A stretch of DNA of 64,000 nucleotides, from positions 372,001 to 436,000 of the forward strand of contig JAQGDQ010000172.1 of assembly GCA_030141605.1 (NCBI GenBank), given 5' to 3'. A program made the position numbers and the translations under genes. The stretch is from Tubiluchus corallicola. Lineage: Eukaryota; Animalia; Priapulida. This document shows, piece after piece, positions 24,501-37,440 of this stretch (position 1 is its first letter; each line of letters begins with the position of its first letter). The notes beneath the pieces are model-generated. The model was not told where the DNA came from. It made no database searches and was given only the letters and a program-made list of their open reading frames with translations.

Positions 24501-27500
24501 AAAACGGTAACGGTGTGATACAATAAAAACAACAAGCTGCGATCAACAATATAGCTAACATATTATTTCTGCATATATTTTTCCTCAACTCGTTATCTAA
24601 TGGTAAACTATAGAATGTAGAATATTTATTAGATGCGTGCAGTGGAATCTACTGGGTGTACCAAAAGTCCCAAATTATTTTTAAAAAGCATTTTAATTTT
24701 TCAAGAGAAACCAAATGACAATATAGTTGTTGAGTCTACCAGTCACGAGAATATTGACGGCATCAAAACTGACTTCATAGGTCTATTGTAGCGATTTTCA
24801 CCTATGTGTGTCATGCTCTTTTTTGTATGTAGCCAATGCAGCGAATTAGTACTCTACTCTGTTCTGAGGAAAATAAAAATGTATACTAAACAAGACTGAA
24901 TTAATTTAGCTCCAAATCCATGAGCGCAACGCCATGACCGCGTTTACACCTGACTATACCTTGCCGAGAGTGGGTGACTTATGTCAATACGTGTAAATTA
25001 CTACTCTCCATCATTACTAATCAGTGAATCAGTACGTACGGTTCTCTTGACTAATTAACAGTTTACTGTCTCGTAACTAACGACGAGTTTAGTTACTACA
25101 GTTTTAGAGTCATTCATTGCTATGTATTGAAATCCGCCATCACGACGGCGTTTGTGACTTGACTGTGCTTTGTCAGATGTCACTGGCCCAGCCCTTTTTA
25201 ATTACTGAGTACTAGTTTTTCACGAGATCATTGCCGATTAGCTCAGAAGAAACTTGAAAACTAAATTAATGAGGGACTTGTGAGAAACACCCTGTACTGA
25301 TTTTGAAATGAGCATACCTGGAGCGCTTAAGTTTGGCTTGAATGTGCTGTTTTTGGGTGTCTGATTTATCATCGGTGTCATCATATTCATCGTCATCCTT
25401 GATTTTAAGTTTTGTCGCTGCTGGGGAACACGACAAGTTTCTATGCTTTGACCCTAACCTACAGATTTATTTAAAAACTTTAACCATGTCTGGATTATTT
25501 ATTGTATTAATACAATAACGCATTTACAGATATCTTACAGATCGAGTTGTTTTTGTTTGAGAAATAATCAAAAGATATTAATGCATAAAGCAGAATATTA
25601 AATTAAATATTCATGCAATTACTGTAAAGACAGAGGGTTATTAATTCTCAACAGAACAGAGATATTAATAATAAAAACACTAACGGGTATAGCATTTTAA
25701 GTGGGTACCAAAGAAAAAAGTTACTACCACATCCAACAATTGAAATTACACCGTTTCAACTATTTCCAGAATTTTTAGCGAAGAAAACTTTAAGAATTTT
25801 TTCTGAAAACGTTTTTCAAACACCCTGTTAACTACCAACTTACCCTAGATTTGAATCCAGAACGAGCAAAGAATTAACAAGGGGAAATACTTATTAGAAA
25901 TATATTGTCATCACAAAAACTATTGTACGAAATTTTATACAAAATGACATATATCTGTGGTAAAAATTTTAGTTAACACAAATTTAATACACATGATTTA
26001 CGACACTGATATGTTATATGTTGCGTATTTTTGTACAGTAATACTTATTTTTAGAATAAAAGAATTCATCGCAATTTACAACAAAATAGTGAGCTATTTC
26101 AGAGCTAGATAAATAACATAAGAAACTAAATGTACGTGAGCTTAGCCCTGTTGGAAAAAACTAGCAGGGATATTTACAGATAAGCTGATTTTTGTTCTTT
26201 GCATTGACTATTAAAGGAGAAATAAAATTAGACCTGCTATTAAGCCTGCCCATGCATTTATTGAATTTTATTACTGCGTTTTATTTATTGAATCGAAAAG
26301 CATATTATTGAAACTAGCCGAATAAGCGGTAAGCCCAAACAAAATTTTGTCTTTTTGAAAAATACAACCATAACTATATATCTGTGCAACAGACTGCTCA
26401 TGCAACAGGCTTGAGCAGTCTCGCAGTGTTAAACTAAAATGTCAAATATCAGCTATTACGACATTGCGTTGATTTAAAAGCTATGTGCTGATTTTTTAAC
26501 TAATAAGTTTATTTTCAATCCACTTAACAAAATTATATTAAGTTTGAATACCTTATCGTTTTGCTTGCTTCGGTTTCAATTTCACTCAATTTTTCTGAAG
26601 GTCTAATCTTTCTGAAATGTTCCATATAGATGCTAGTAATACTCATACATACATTTTTATACTTACATAGAATTTTAGCTTAAGGGCAAAAAACTATGTG
26701 CCTTCTTTTATCCCCATTTACAATTATTTATAATTTTCAGTTTAAATAGTTTATTCGATGTCAGTAATAGTAAATTAAACTAGGAATCAGTAAATTATAT
26801 TTAAACGTTGAGGCGATTCAGACGGTCAGAAAGTGTTTTTTGAAAACAAGCATGTTGCCCTATACATTTTTCATAGTTCTTCCAGTCTTTAAAATATTGT
26901 AAGTGTAACAAAGATAAACATATTAAACAACAAACAATAAATATAAGAAACCCTAGTTGTTTTGTACAGAGGCTTGTAAACTGACTATAGTTATACTTAC
27001 AGGCCTACACATTTTGAAATGTTAATAACAGTTTTTTTCACATTTAGTTAGATAAAAAATTGATAAAAATATGCAGAACGTGCCATTAACATTGAACAAC
27101 AAAATTAATTATGGCTTTTCAGTTAAACAAATTGCTGTTGTTTTTCAATCATATTTTTGTAATAATATTTTATTATGTTGGCTACCTTTTAGCATCTTTG
27201 ACCAAGTGATGATGCATACGGCGTTTTTTCTCTTGTTTGTTTATATCTTCTAGTGACTTCCTGTAAATTAACGATGTAATCATATAACTGCAGCGACAAG
27301 ACTATTACTCACAAATTTCCTGGTAAAGAAATGTCAAAGAAAATAATTGTTGAATTTCTTGTAATGTTGAACATCTATTCTTAACTGGTAGAAGCAAAGG
27401 TTTCATTCAATTTTTCTAGCAACTTTTTATTATCGAAGAAAATTTTTTATAAAATACAGTGATAAAGTTACTCATAAAGTTTGACAAAACTTGTTTCATA

Positions 27501-28299
27501 ACTCGTTATCTAGTCAAAGGTCTGCGAAAACGTTCATGTCTGATACATAAATTGTAAGTTTTTTAAACCATTCTAGATAATATTCTCATTTGTCTGGCTT
27601 TACAAAATTAAAAAATTAATGAAACTATTGAGCCGTTCTAGCCACATTTTAACTAATAATAATAATGATGATAATAATTTTTATTTGAAGTCGGCTTTTG
27701 TGTGAACAATTAACCTGAGCTCAAGGAGCTATTATCGCGCATTTTTAACCTAAACACCACGCGCCAGGCGAGGCAACAGCAGGTACCATTTTTGAAGTCT
27801 TTGACCGGCCGCTGTATCGAACTCACAACCTCCCAGACGCAAAGCAGACGACGCGTTACCAATAAGCTAAACCGACTCGTCTAGTTCAGAGAAGTGTTAT
27901 AAGGCATAAAATACGCTTTTAACTACTATAAATGCAAAAAAAACATTTCAGCAAATCAAGTTTTTAATGTACTCACTTTAGCAAGTTTTCCGTGGAAATA
28001 GGCCTACTTTTCTTTCTTTTGTCTTTAATGAGAGGTTTTGCATAATCTTTTTGATAAATTCTGGAAGGAAAAAACATAAGAATAACTTTCATTTAACAGT
28101 GACTGATTACAGAAAGCCACCATTGCAGAAAAAATACTTTTAACGTTGGAGGGCTTAATCACAAATTTATATTGTTAAAACATTTAATAAATTTTTGTAA
28201 TGAACAAATTCTTATAACTTACATCGTGATCTCATCACTGCTAGCTTTAAGGTTATCTGTTGCTCCTACAGAGGAATTTCTTCTAGTTGGGTTGTCCAT
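15358..28299 (-). CDS. SRRM4: SRRM2/3/4-family (Srrm234 / SRRM4-like) splicing factor with C-terminal eMIC (SRRM_C) domain, ~15 coding exons, ~646 aa
   Basis: Phase-consistent GT-AG chain: 28299-28223, 28060-27977, 27260-27186, 26611-26552, 25458-25318, 24072-23938, 23593-23549, 21882-21826, 21075-20982, 20772-20689, 20566-20530, 20190-20138, 19441-18804, 17331-17143, 15529-15358 (1941 nt, no internal stop). Lys/His-rich N-terminal half, RS repeats, then ...SPSFKSRRRITS|ARKRPVPYRR...YSRSRSRSYSR*. The family call is strong; small internal exons, the start codon and one-to-one orthology to SRRM4 are less certain. Confidence 0.8.
17143..17331 (-). CDS. Penultimate exon of the SRRM4-like gene: RS tract and first half of eMIC
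   Basis: TTTGCAG| at 17332; encodes SQISSHHSSSRSRSRARMSRSRSASR...RVSPSFKSRRRIT; phase-2 donor AG|GTTTGC at 17142. Confidence 0.85.
17940..18745. mobile_element. Probable non-autonomous Helitron/Helentron-like relics in an intron
   Basis: Short hairpin cacccggcattgtcgggtcacta at ~18392-18415, internal repeat ccctgtgagttttgc at ~18446 and ~18686, GC content above the flanks. Classification is tentative. Confidence 0.35.
18804..19441 (-). CDS. Large RS-rich exon of the SRRM4-like gene (638 nt)
   Basis: TTTTTCAG| acceptor at 19442 in frame with track ORF 18794-19396; AG|GTATAA donor at 18803. Encodes SRSKSRSRSRSRSS and NGWDSPF. Confidence 0.85.
22730..23119 (+). mobile_element. hAT-type MITE (390 bp)
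   Basis: TIRs CAGGGCTGGAT...ATCTGGCCCTG with an 8-bp TSD catgtgct / cacgcgct (two CpG-type differences). A second copy lies inverted at ~40097-40519. Confidence 0.8.
24650..25295. mobile_element. Tc1/mariner-like non-autonomous element
   Basis: Left end tactgggtgtaccaaaagtccc, right end gggacttgtgagaaacaccctgta: an imperfect TIR of the TA-CAGGGTG type. Confidence 0.5.
27654..27881 (-). mobile_element. tRNA-derived SINE with a Meta-like core
   Basis: Minus strand: A-box TAGCTTATTGG, B-box GTTCGATAC, core GGTCAAAGACTTCAAAAATGGTACCTGCTGTTGCCTCGCCTGGCGC resembling the Meta-SINE central domain, and a (TTA)n-type tail. Confidence 0.7.
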
Positions 28300-28960
28300 T
28301 CTGAAAAATAGAAACATACCTTCACATACCGTTAAAATGCAAACAAATTAGGATGAAATTTGGCACAAAACTAGGATGTGTAATTAAAAATTTTTCCGGA
28401 TCGAAAAGCAAATCTTAATGAGCTTAGTAAGCGTACATCGTTTAGAACATCTTTTAGGAAACCTAAAATATATACCAAAAGAAAATGACAAGTCAACAGA
28501 GCTCTAAAGGCTTAACAGAGTAATTGTAGTTAGTAACTTGAAATAAAGTACAGACAATGCATATAATAATCCTAGAATATAATTTCAGTCTCAAATTCTA
28601 AACTTGGCGATACGTGTTAAAGTTCAAGTTACGCTGATGAGGACTTTGTGATTAAAATGCTGTCACAAAAATGCATTGAGACTTGGATAATTTAGTTTTA
28701 CTTCTACAATCATAATGGCAAGTATTAAGAGAGTACTCAATTTCTTGGCCTCTATGGTTTTCCAGATGACTCAGCCTATATTACACACTGATCTGATGGC
28801 ACACATTCATTAATAATAATATTTTCTGATAATAATCTTTGTGTAAGCTCGTAGCCCTGGCGAATCCTACTGTGTTTTTCATTGGCTAAGCGGGACGGAA
28901 TACCGTTAGATTCGCTAGGAGCACGTGGCGTTCCGGATTGTTATCACTGCAGGTGTACCT

Positions 28961-29030
28961 AACAGTAGCCGAGGGCGGACTCAGGTGCAACAGTAGCCGA
29001 GGGCGGACTCAGGTGCAGCAGTAGTCGAAA
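28961..29030. repeat. 28-bp tandem repeat (~2.4 copies)
   Basis: acagtagccgagggcggactcaggtgca repeated. Confidence 0.85.
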
Positions 29031-30150
29031 GAGATTCAGGCAGCGATTAGTACTAAATATAGCAAAATCCAAATTTGTTAAACATAAGCACTTTTATATT
29101 ATCCCAATTCCAAAATATTTTTTGTGATATCAGTTTGCTTGATGACAAAACAGTAAATCACGCGACTATGAAACGCATACCACAGTAAATTTAAAAGGCA
29201 AATATTTTGATGTTGATCTCTCAGTTTTATATACATTTATGCGCTTAAATATTCTGGAATTATTTGGCAAATAGTTTTTTGTGCAAATCGATAGTTATTA
29301 ATACGAGTTATTGTTACATTATTGTTATATATTATTACATATCCTTTTCATACAAGCTTAAAAACAGACCTGTTTCTTTATTTGCTCGACAATGCCTTCC
29401 TCACTATCCACACTTATACATATGATCAAAACAACTCCTAAAATGAAAAAGTATTTTGACTAATTATTATTACCGTTTATCAAAAAGCTACAATGTTAGC
29501 ATTAAAAGAACCACAAATAATACGTTGAATATTTTTTGTATGAATAGTTCCTAAAATTACAAGCAACTATAATCTTTTACACCATTGTATACTACAAAAG
29601 CCGTTGATTTCAAATTTAATTCCACGCAATTCTTACAGCAAGCAAAAGCTGTAGCCCTTGTGTGCTGTATGAGTGATTATTGCAAGCACAAGATCGATAA
29701 TGTATCGATTCGAAAATGTAAATATAGGCTATGCTTTACCCAGCTACCGATACTTGTGTGTGACTACAATGACGTTGTAAAACAAAAAATCTCAAGAACA
29801 ATAACATTGATTTCTGAAATGATGCTTTTTTCTTAATAATTTATTTATTAAAATGTTCATGAACGATTAATCATGAAATTTCGTGATGCACAAATACTGA
29901 AAGCGAAACAGCAGGCAAATGTGTTACAATAAACAAGTTTTTAATTTCTCTATCAATTAAGCTTTATCGAACAATTATTATTGCAAATTGTTTGATGTCT
30001 ATAGGCCTGCCATCGTGGTAAAACAAAGAATATCACTTAAAGATACCGTGCGCACCTATAGTAACACTGCAGCCTCCTGTTTTTCTCATTTTGCCAATGG
30101 AAAACATATAAACTTATTGATGATTTGCTAGAGCAAAAATCCATACTTAC

Positions 30151-30330
30151 CATTCTTGCGGCCCATAAATGGTACTCGTTTTTTCAGCACCTATTTGTTT
30201 TTCATTCCATCCAGTACACTTTTTCATGCGAATGTATGAGAGAGAGAGAGAGACAATGGAGCTGTTAAATATGGACAGATGTTACAATAATTTGCATAAA
30301 ACGTCGCGCGCATGATGCAGTAGCTTCTGT
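30151..30330 (-). other. Probable first (5'UTR) exon / TSS region of the SRRM4-like gene
   Basis: Strong donor ATG|GTAAGT at 30150, with a (CT)n tract and a CpG patch at 30240-30312. When spliced to 28300, its ATGs give only short uORFs. Confidence 0.45.
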
Positions 30331-30984
30331 ACAGATCAATGAGATGCTATTGATCGTAATTATTGTGTATTCCTGCCGCTAGACGGAAGCACATTGCAGT
30401 TCGCCCAAAGTTGAATTATTTTCTTAAGTTTTAAACGAGAAACAAAGCTCGTCGTACTTCCGCTAAAATTTATGCATAACCAATATTTGACGTTAATATT
30501 GTCTAGCGTGTTGCGTCTTTTGTCATTGAACGTGTGTGTTAGCAACTTTTTTGCCAATATGACACAATATTAGAATGTCGCATGCAATTCGTAAATAATT
30601 CTATAAATAATTACTAATTTCACTGGTGTTTTGTTGAATTTTATAATTGTCCGAATTTTGGCCTATAATAAAATTAAATCGATTGGGCTTATTATTATGA
30701 AAATATTATTATTACACCTTCGTATTGATGTTATTGTGATAATTAATTTAAATATTTATTTTTAAACAATATGTACTAATTTATTTCGTTTAAATATTAG
30801 CTTCATAACATCAACAATTTTTCGGAAACATGTTGATGTTTGCACCCGTGTTGCTTAGTTTTTGAAGGTGCCTGTATGTTTCTATATTCATGAATGGCAC
30901 TAATTACTTAAACTTATAACAGTAATGAGCCATTGCCAAAGTACATAAGTGAACTATAACGAAGACCATTTGGACTATGATCCA

Positions 30985-31285
30985 CTTTCATTTCATGATC
31001 CACTTTATTTCACTTCACTTCATTTCACTTCATTTCGCTTCATTTCACTTCATTTCGCTTCACTTCACTTCACTTCATTTCATTTCACTTCATTTCACTT
31101 CATTTCGCTTCACTTCACTTCATTTCACTTCACTTCATTTCATTTAATTTCTTTCACTTCAGTTCACTTCACTTCACTTCATTTCACTTCACTTCATTTC
31201 ACTTAATTTCATTTCACTTCACTTCATTTCACTTCGCTTCACTTCACTTCATTTCACTGTACTTCACTTCATTTTACCTTACCTC
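30985..31285. repeat. (TTCAC/TTCAT)n pentanucleotide microsatellite
   Basis: Directly visible. It generates the spurious FTSLH ORF. Confidence 0.95.
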
Positions 31286-32929
31286 GCCCACATCACCACA
31301 TGTTACTTACCACACCTCGTCTCTTCTTGACTCACTTCAGTTTTACCTAACATTGTTCACTTATTTTAAGGAACTTCGTTTCTTAGTCATTATGCGAAAT
31401 ATAGGTCCATATTTCACCGAACATTTCAGCAATGATACTTATTGCATAACCTATGATTACGTGTATATCTCCTTTCACGTTGTGGACATGAAAGCTTGCA
31501 AGTGTTAAATACGCTTCACCAATGTATCGTACTGAAGCCACGCGCTGGTCATGCAATCTATCTTTTCGTTTCACTAATCACGGGAAAGATTTAGCTCAGC
31601 AATACGCTACTCCATTTGATAAAATGGCACAGTTACGTCTAATGAGTAGAACAGTGTCATTTTCTTAAGTAAAATTCTCTAATGTTTCTCAGCTTGATCT
31701 CTTAATGGGTATTCCATTAAACCTCTGAACGTACTCCTTGCTCTTCTTGCAGGCCAATGCATGCAGTCTCGACTGTATTTCATCATTTCTCAGATATCAG
31801 AATGTTGTGTGGTTGACGTTTAGGAATTGTTTTGGCTCTTATAGAGATAACTACGACAAAAGATAAAGGTATTTTTAAAGCTAGAAATAGCATCATTCTT
31901 TTAGCATGGCAACAACTCACGTACGATAAAATACTATAAGCTCAAATTGCAATGATGGGAGTTTGATATAACAGCACATGCGCACGTTTGGTTTGAAGGT
32001 CATAAGTGAAGCCTAACAAGACAGTAATTACAAATTTTGTCTACATGACGTTTGACATGAAACAACGTAAAATGTGTGGGCGGTTGCCTAGAGCTGCGAT
32101 GAAACGAAATTGATGATGACTCTTTGAGTACAGTGTTACACCTTGACGAGTTAGGCCTATAAGTCAGTTTTTCGTATGTAAGAATTAAAGAAATGTATGT
32201 AAAATCCGATTAAACGATAAACACTACAGTCGGCCACCTCGCTTTAAACAAAAAATATATTATTATATTAGCTAAACACTAGGTTAAAATTTCTCATATA
32301 AATTTACTGAAATTTATGTGGCATTTGAAAAACTTCTTCTGTTACTCATTAGACTATATTCGTTAGTTTATATTCTTTGCTTTGTTTACTTTCACAGGGT
32401 GAGATAATCTAACAAGCCCTGCTTTTTGATTGCCCCGCAGCGCATTTACATTTATATATAGGTAGGCACGAGTGTGAGGCTTTTTTGATCAGAAACAGTA
32501 AACAAAATATACCGTGTTCATCGTAGGCCTTTTCATTGTATTTTCGTACACAAAATTGTTGTAAATGTGTTATGTGAAATAAATGACTTATGATTTATTG
32601 TGACTTACTAGACCAATACATAGAATGTCATATATCATGGCCAACTCGCAACTTTCCAATCTCGCGGGCGTTTTTTAAATGGGACTTTGTAAGAAAAAGG
32701 AATATTACATCTGCTTTTCATCCAATAATATAATTGTTTAGTTGAATTTTCTAAAATATCATAATCGAATGCATGAAAGTATTAGTTATGAATATAAATT
32801 ATATAGCCGTGCCAAATAATTTCCGAATTGCTTTTTCATTATGCAAAACACCTTTATATTGTTGTTCCACTTATTAATCTATAGCTTAACTTAGTTAAAT
32901 TAACCTACCTCGATTCACTGAACTTTCTT

Positions 32930-33770
32930 AAGCGAGATGCATATACTTGGGTTAGATTTGTTAACGATATCTTTAGCTTTACCGGATTTTGGCAAATCTG
33001 GGATAATCAGCACAATAACAATATAAATAAAAAAAATTGTTGCAAACGCTTAAATTAACATTTGAAAGTAAGTATTTATTCAAATTGATAGATGATATCA
33101 ATAGAGTATCTAATAATGAAAATCCGGAAGGAAAAAAGTTGAGAACCTACTGCAAAGCAAAAAACGGTTATGGAAAATTATTTGCTCACCAACATTTTGA
33201 CTCCAAAACTAAAACAGCTTTTTGTAAACTATGAATAAGTGCCCATAGTCTAGCCATTGAAACAGGCACGCATCATAAATGGTACAAGTTACCAATAAAC
33301 GAAAGAATTCGTAGACAACTAAGAGGAAGATGAATTGCACATGATGCTTTTCTGCCATATATATAAGCATAGTAGGCAGAATATGTTCGCACAAATTAAT
33401 TCTTTATGTCCTGGTTTTCTAGATATGCCTGGTAAAGATAAACTGATTTTTCTAATTGGGACCAATGATGTGGATATTTTAAATATAGTGTGTAACTATG
33501 TAAAATATTGCTTTACAAATAGGTCAGGAATTTAATTGTTGATGTCTAAAGGGATGCTGCACCAATAGTTTAAATTTTGTGTTTATATTATTTTATATGG
33601 GTATTATACAACAACATGTGATATTTGTGAATGTGTAAATATTTTGTTTTTTTATAAATGCTTTAATTGTACTCTTGTGAGCGTGTGCGTTATGTAAAGG
33701 AGGGCAAAAATTTGTATTAATATTTGTATACGTGTTCTGCTATCCATTGAATATATCAAATATATCAAAA
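32930..33770 (+). mobile_element. 5'-truncated LINE 3' end (C-terminal domain plus 3'UTR), decayed
   Basis: KKLRTYCKAK...TAFCKL*ISAHSLAIETG...ERI...EDELHMMLFCHIYKHSR...NYVKYCFTNR, the typical SAHxLxIETGR and EDExH---C motifs. Confidence 0.8.
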
Positions 33771-36700
33771 AATATTAAAGGAGTAGTACGCAGTTGAAAA
33801 ACCAGTTGAAAAGAATCTACCGTGCTTCATCAGGCTTCTTGATTTTTCCTGGATCCTCCACATGGCGCCAGCATCTTTTTGTATTGTTGTTTTTACCAGT
33901 GTCATATGTTGGTTGGTTGTACAACGGCTGATATCGTGTGGTAAGATATTCTTTGGGTGATGTCGATACTGGTTCGTTTTGTAACTAGGTGACTTTGTTC
34001 GTACATTTGTTGATGTGTATTCTCTTCGATTGCCTTGCTGATTGTTTCAATGGGCACTTGCTACCTGTTGGATACTTGTAGGGGCATTCTAATCAGCTTT
34101 GGAGGAACGTGCTGAGGCTGTTTGGGTTATCGAGTCCAACTAACTTCCAGTAATTAACGTACTGACACCAAAATGCCGTTAAACCCAATATGAAATGATG
34201 ACTTGCCACCCATGCAAAGACTCTTTCAGTATGGGTTTTTTCGTTGGGCGTACAAACCCAGTTATACAAGTCCTATGTTTTTTTTGTTAAAATGTGTAAA
34301 CATTCCAGTTGTTCGGGGGTTATGGCGACAATTCGTATGGTTTGGTTATACAGTTTTGCAGCTTATGATGAACTATACGGATGTATTTGCTTTCGTCTAC
34401 GTTTACATTGCATATAATTTGTCATAAACCTGCAGGATCTATCAGATCTACAGTCGCCTCATTTGCTGACTTAGAGCAATGTCACTACCATAACCGAAGC
34501 CACAGTTGCAGTAATTGCACCGTTATATGGAGATCAAACAAACCAAAAGAGGCGCTGGCGTTATTGTTATTACAGCTTTAAACAAAGAAAATATGTAACT
34601 TTACGTAAAATCCCCAAAACCCAAGTTTTTAGAAAGTCGGAAGCTTTGATTGCTAAGGGTGCCTCGTGGTACACAGTAATAAATTACCTCAGTTAGAGAG
34701 TCACATTCAAACTGAATTGTTTCTTACGTTTTTCAATATCACGATTTTTCTGCGTTATTTGCGCACTGAATAACTTATATATCCGATTAAATTATTGAGA
34801 ATGTTGTAGTCGTTCCTTAAGTCATTTAAAGGGCAGTACAGCCTGTCTTTTGTTTTGTTTCCCTTCCCTCCTTAAGTGAATTAGGAAAAATAATTTAATC
34901 AAGCCTAGCAAAGCACATAGTTTTTTGCAAACGTTGCACAACGTAATTCTTTTTGGGCAAAAGTTGTGTAAAAGAAAAAAGTTATTTTAAAGAAAATTTA
35001 TGGCTTTTTTACCAAAAATCAACTTCAGACAGAACCAGTGGCTTTGAAAATCGCCCAAAACAACGAATTCATTTCAAAAACATTGAACAAAGAACCAGAA
35101 CCATGGTTCAAGAATTTTTAACAAAATCTTTCCATGCAAAGCCCATTGCCTTTTCACAAAAATAATCGAGAGCAAAGTCCTAAAGTAACTGAAGCAGTAA
35201 TAACATCTTCACCACGTCAAATTGCCTTCATCCGTTTTAATCAGCTTTACTTTACTTATTTCTGAAGGTTAAACAAACCAATGAAGATTCACATTGATAT
35301 TTAACCCATAGTCACTGCTCACTATAATAGTACAGGAACATAGTTCACTTTTTTGCAAAACAAAAATTCTGGCCTAGCCAAAAATTGGAATCAATGTCTT
35401 ACATTTTAGCCCCGCCAATCTCGTCCAGTTGTGTGAAGTAACCAACTGAGCTCCAATCATCAGATCTCTACATCCTCTATACCCTACTTCATCACATTTA
35501 CTGTATTTTTAAGAAGTCAGAAATAATACAACAGTGTTTTATGTGAAGCTCTGCAAAGCCAACTGCCAGTAAATCTTTCTATACAGGTAATGAAAAGAAG
35601 CCAGCAATTGATTAAAGGTAAATGCATAGTTCAAGGTTCTGTATAATGATGGAAGTTTGTATACAGAGAAATAAATCAGTTTCATAGCTGAAATTTAGTG
35701 AGTTCTTTGCATGAGATTAAAATTTGATATTTTTACAAAAGAATGTAATAACATGACTATCAGAATAACATTCACTGGATAAATGTATGTACATGCTATT
35801 GAAAATCATGACTTATTATAATAACGTCATAATCAGTTAAACAAATTGATAGAATCATGAGCTTCACGACATTGATCACTATACTCCTTACAGCTTTCCC
35901 ACCTTTCACATCGTCATGTCCTTCCTCCTCCTCATCTTCGCCCCAGCCAGGCATTGAGTTTCACTACAAGCAAAACTTGTCCCAACGACAGACATAGTAA
36001 CTGAAAATTGTCCTAAGTGAAGCCTACGCCTTTCTTATCCGAAGCGAAACTCTACCTGCCTTCAATGAAGCGCAAGGCAGTAGCTGGCGTTATGATGATG
36101 AACATGATGATAGACACCGGGGAAGTGAGATAAAACCGCAAGCATTGTGCATCTGTAACTCTTACAGTTCAGAATGCTAGACAGATATTGGCGAGAAGCT
36201 TGGTAAACCTGAAATACGTATATGTGTGTATTAATCAATAGCAATCATCGAGCTGAGATTAGAAAAAAATCAATACAAGTTCTGCATGGTAAAAATAATA
36301 ATAAAAGTTATACTGATTAGTACTTGATGATAAGAAAATCTATAAAACTTTATAACCTATCGTTGGTTAATATTGATGCACGTTTCTAGTTTTTATTTTT
36401 TTATTTTTATTGAGTTATTATGGAACGTACAAAGGCGCAGGCGTAACGACGGGCATTATAGCAGCAAGGCACAGAAGCGCATGCATTCTCTATAACCGCA
36501 GTTACTGCAAAGCTGATTGCCTAAGTATATTAGTGACTGCCTGCAACAGTGCGAAATTAACTTCTGGAAGCCTAAAAGAATCATTTCACTGGACGCTTTG
36601 TCGATCTTTTGTAAGTGCATGGAAAAAGACGAAAGGAGATAAGTACACTATTCAGGTATTTTGCACGTTTACAGATTTCTAAGGATGATTCTTTATTTGT

Positions 36701-37440
36701 TCGCTTTCCGTAACAAAGTAATTAGTTTTCTGAGAAATAATCCATGTAGTAGCATAAGTTATGAATAAGCTATATAAATTTGCTAGCGACACTTTAATTA
36801 CTTATTCATGGAAAAATGCAGTTCACGTCCAGGCGTCGGGTCACATGCACAGTTAATACAAGCATTACTGGATACGAATATTTACAAATAAAGCCATTCT
36901 CAAAAGTCAAGTAGGCAAGCAGGCAATCATGCAAACAGGTTGCCTGGCAGAAGGCAGACAGGTAAGTAGGTAGGCAGATAGGCAAACAGGTAAGGAGGCA
37001 GTAGACGAGTAAACGAGCAAGCAATCAAGTAACATCTATTGCTTATTAAACGAACGTGTATTAAATTATTTTTACCACCTATTAACCTTCGGGGTTTGTG
37101 ATTGAAAAGTTCAATGGTTAAATATTTTCAACAAGCAAAAAGAAATATTGTTGTCCTAAATCTGGACATAATCTTCCTAGTCGATAGAGCTTAACGGCGT
37201 TAAATAATGACGAAACTATTTGTACCACAAATTGCACCCGCCGTAACACAATAAGCTAAAATTATTCTGCGACAAAACCACTGTGAAAAGTGTGTGATAA
37301 CATAGTTATACTAATACTCTGTCATCTCATTCAAATTCTAAGAAAGCTGCTGGATGAACTACATACTTATCTAACGTTCTTAAGAATCCTTTTAAACTTT
37401 GTATTGTTCGAGATCAATTAAGTGAACACGTTTTCAGAGT

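Noticed and set aside
30949-31206. 85-aa FTSLH-repeat ORF
   Set aside because: Translation of a pentanucleotide microsatellite.
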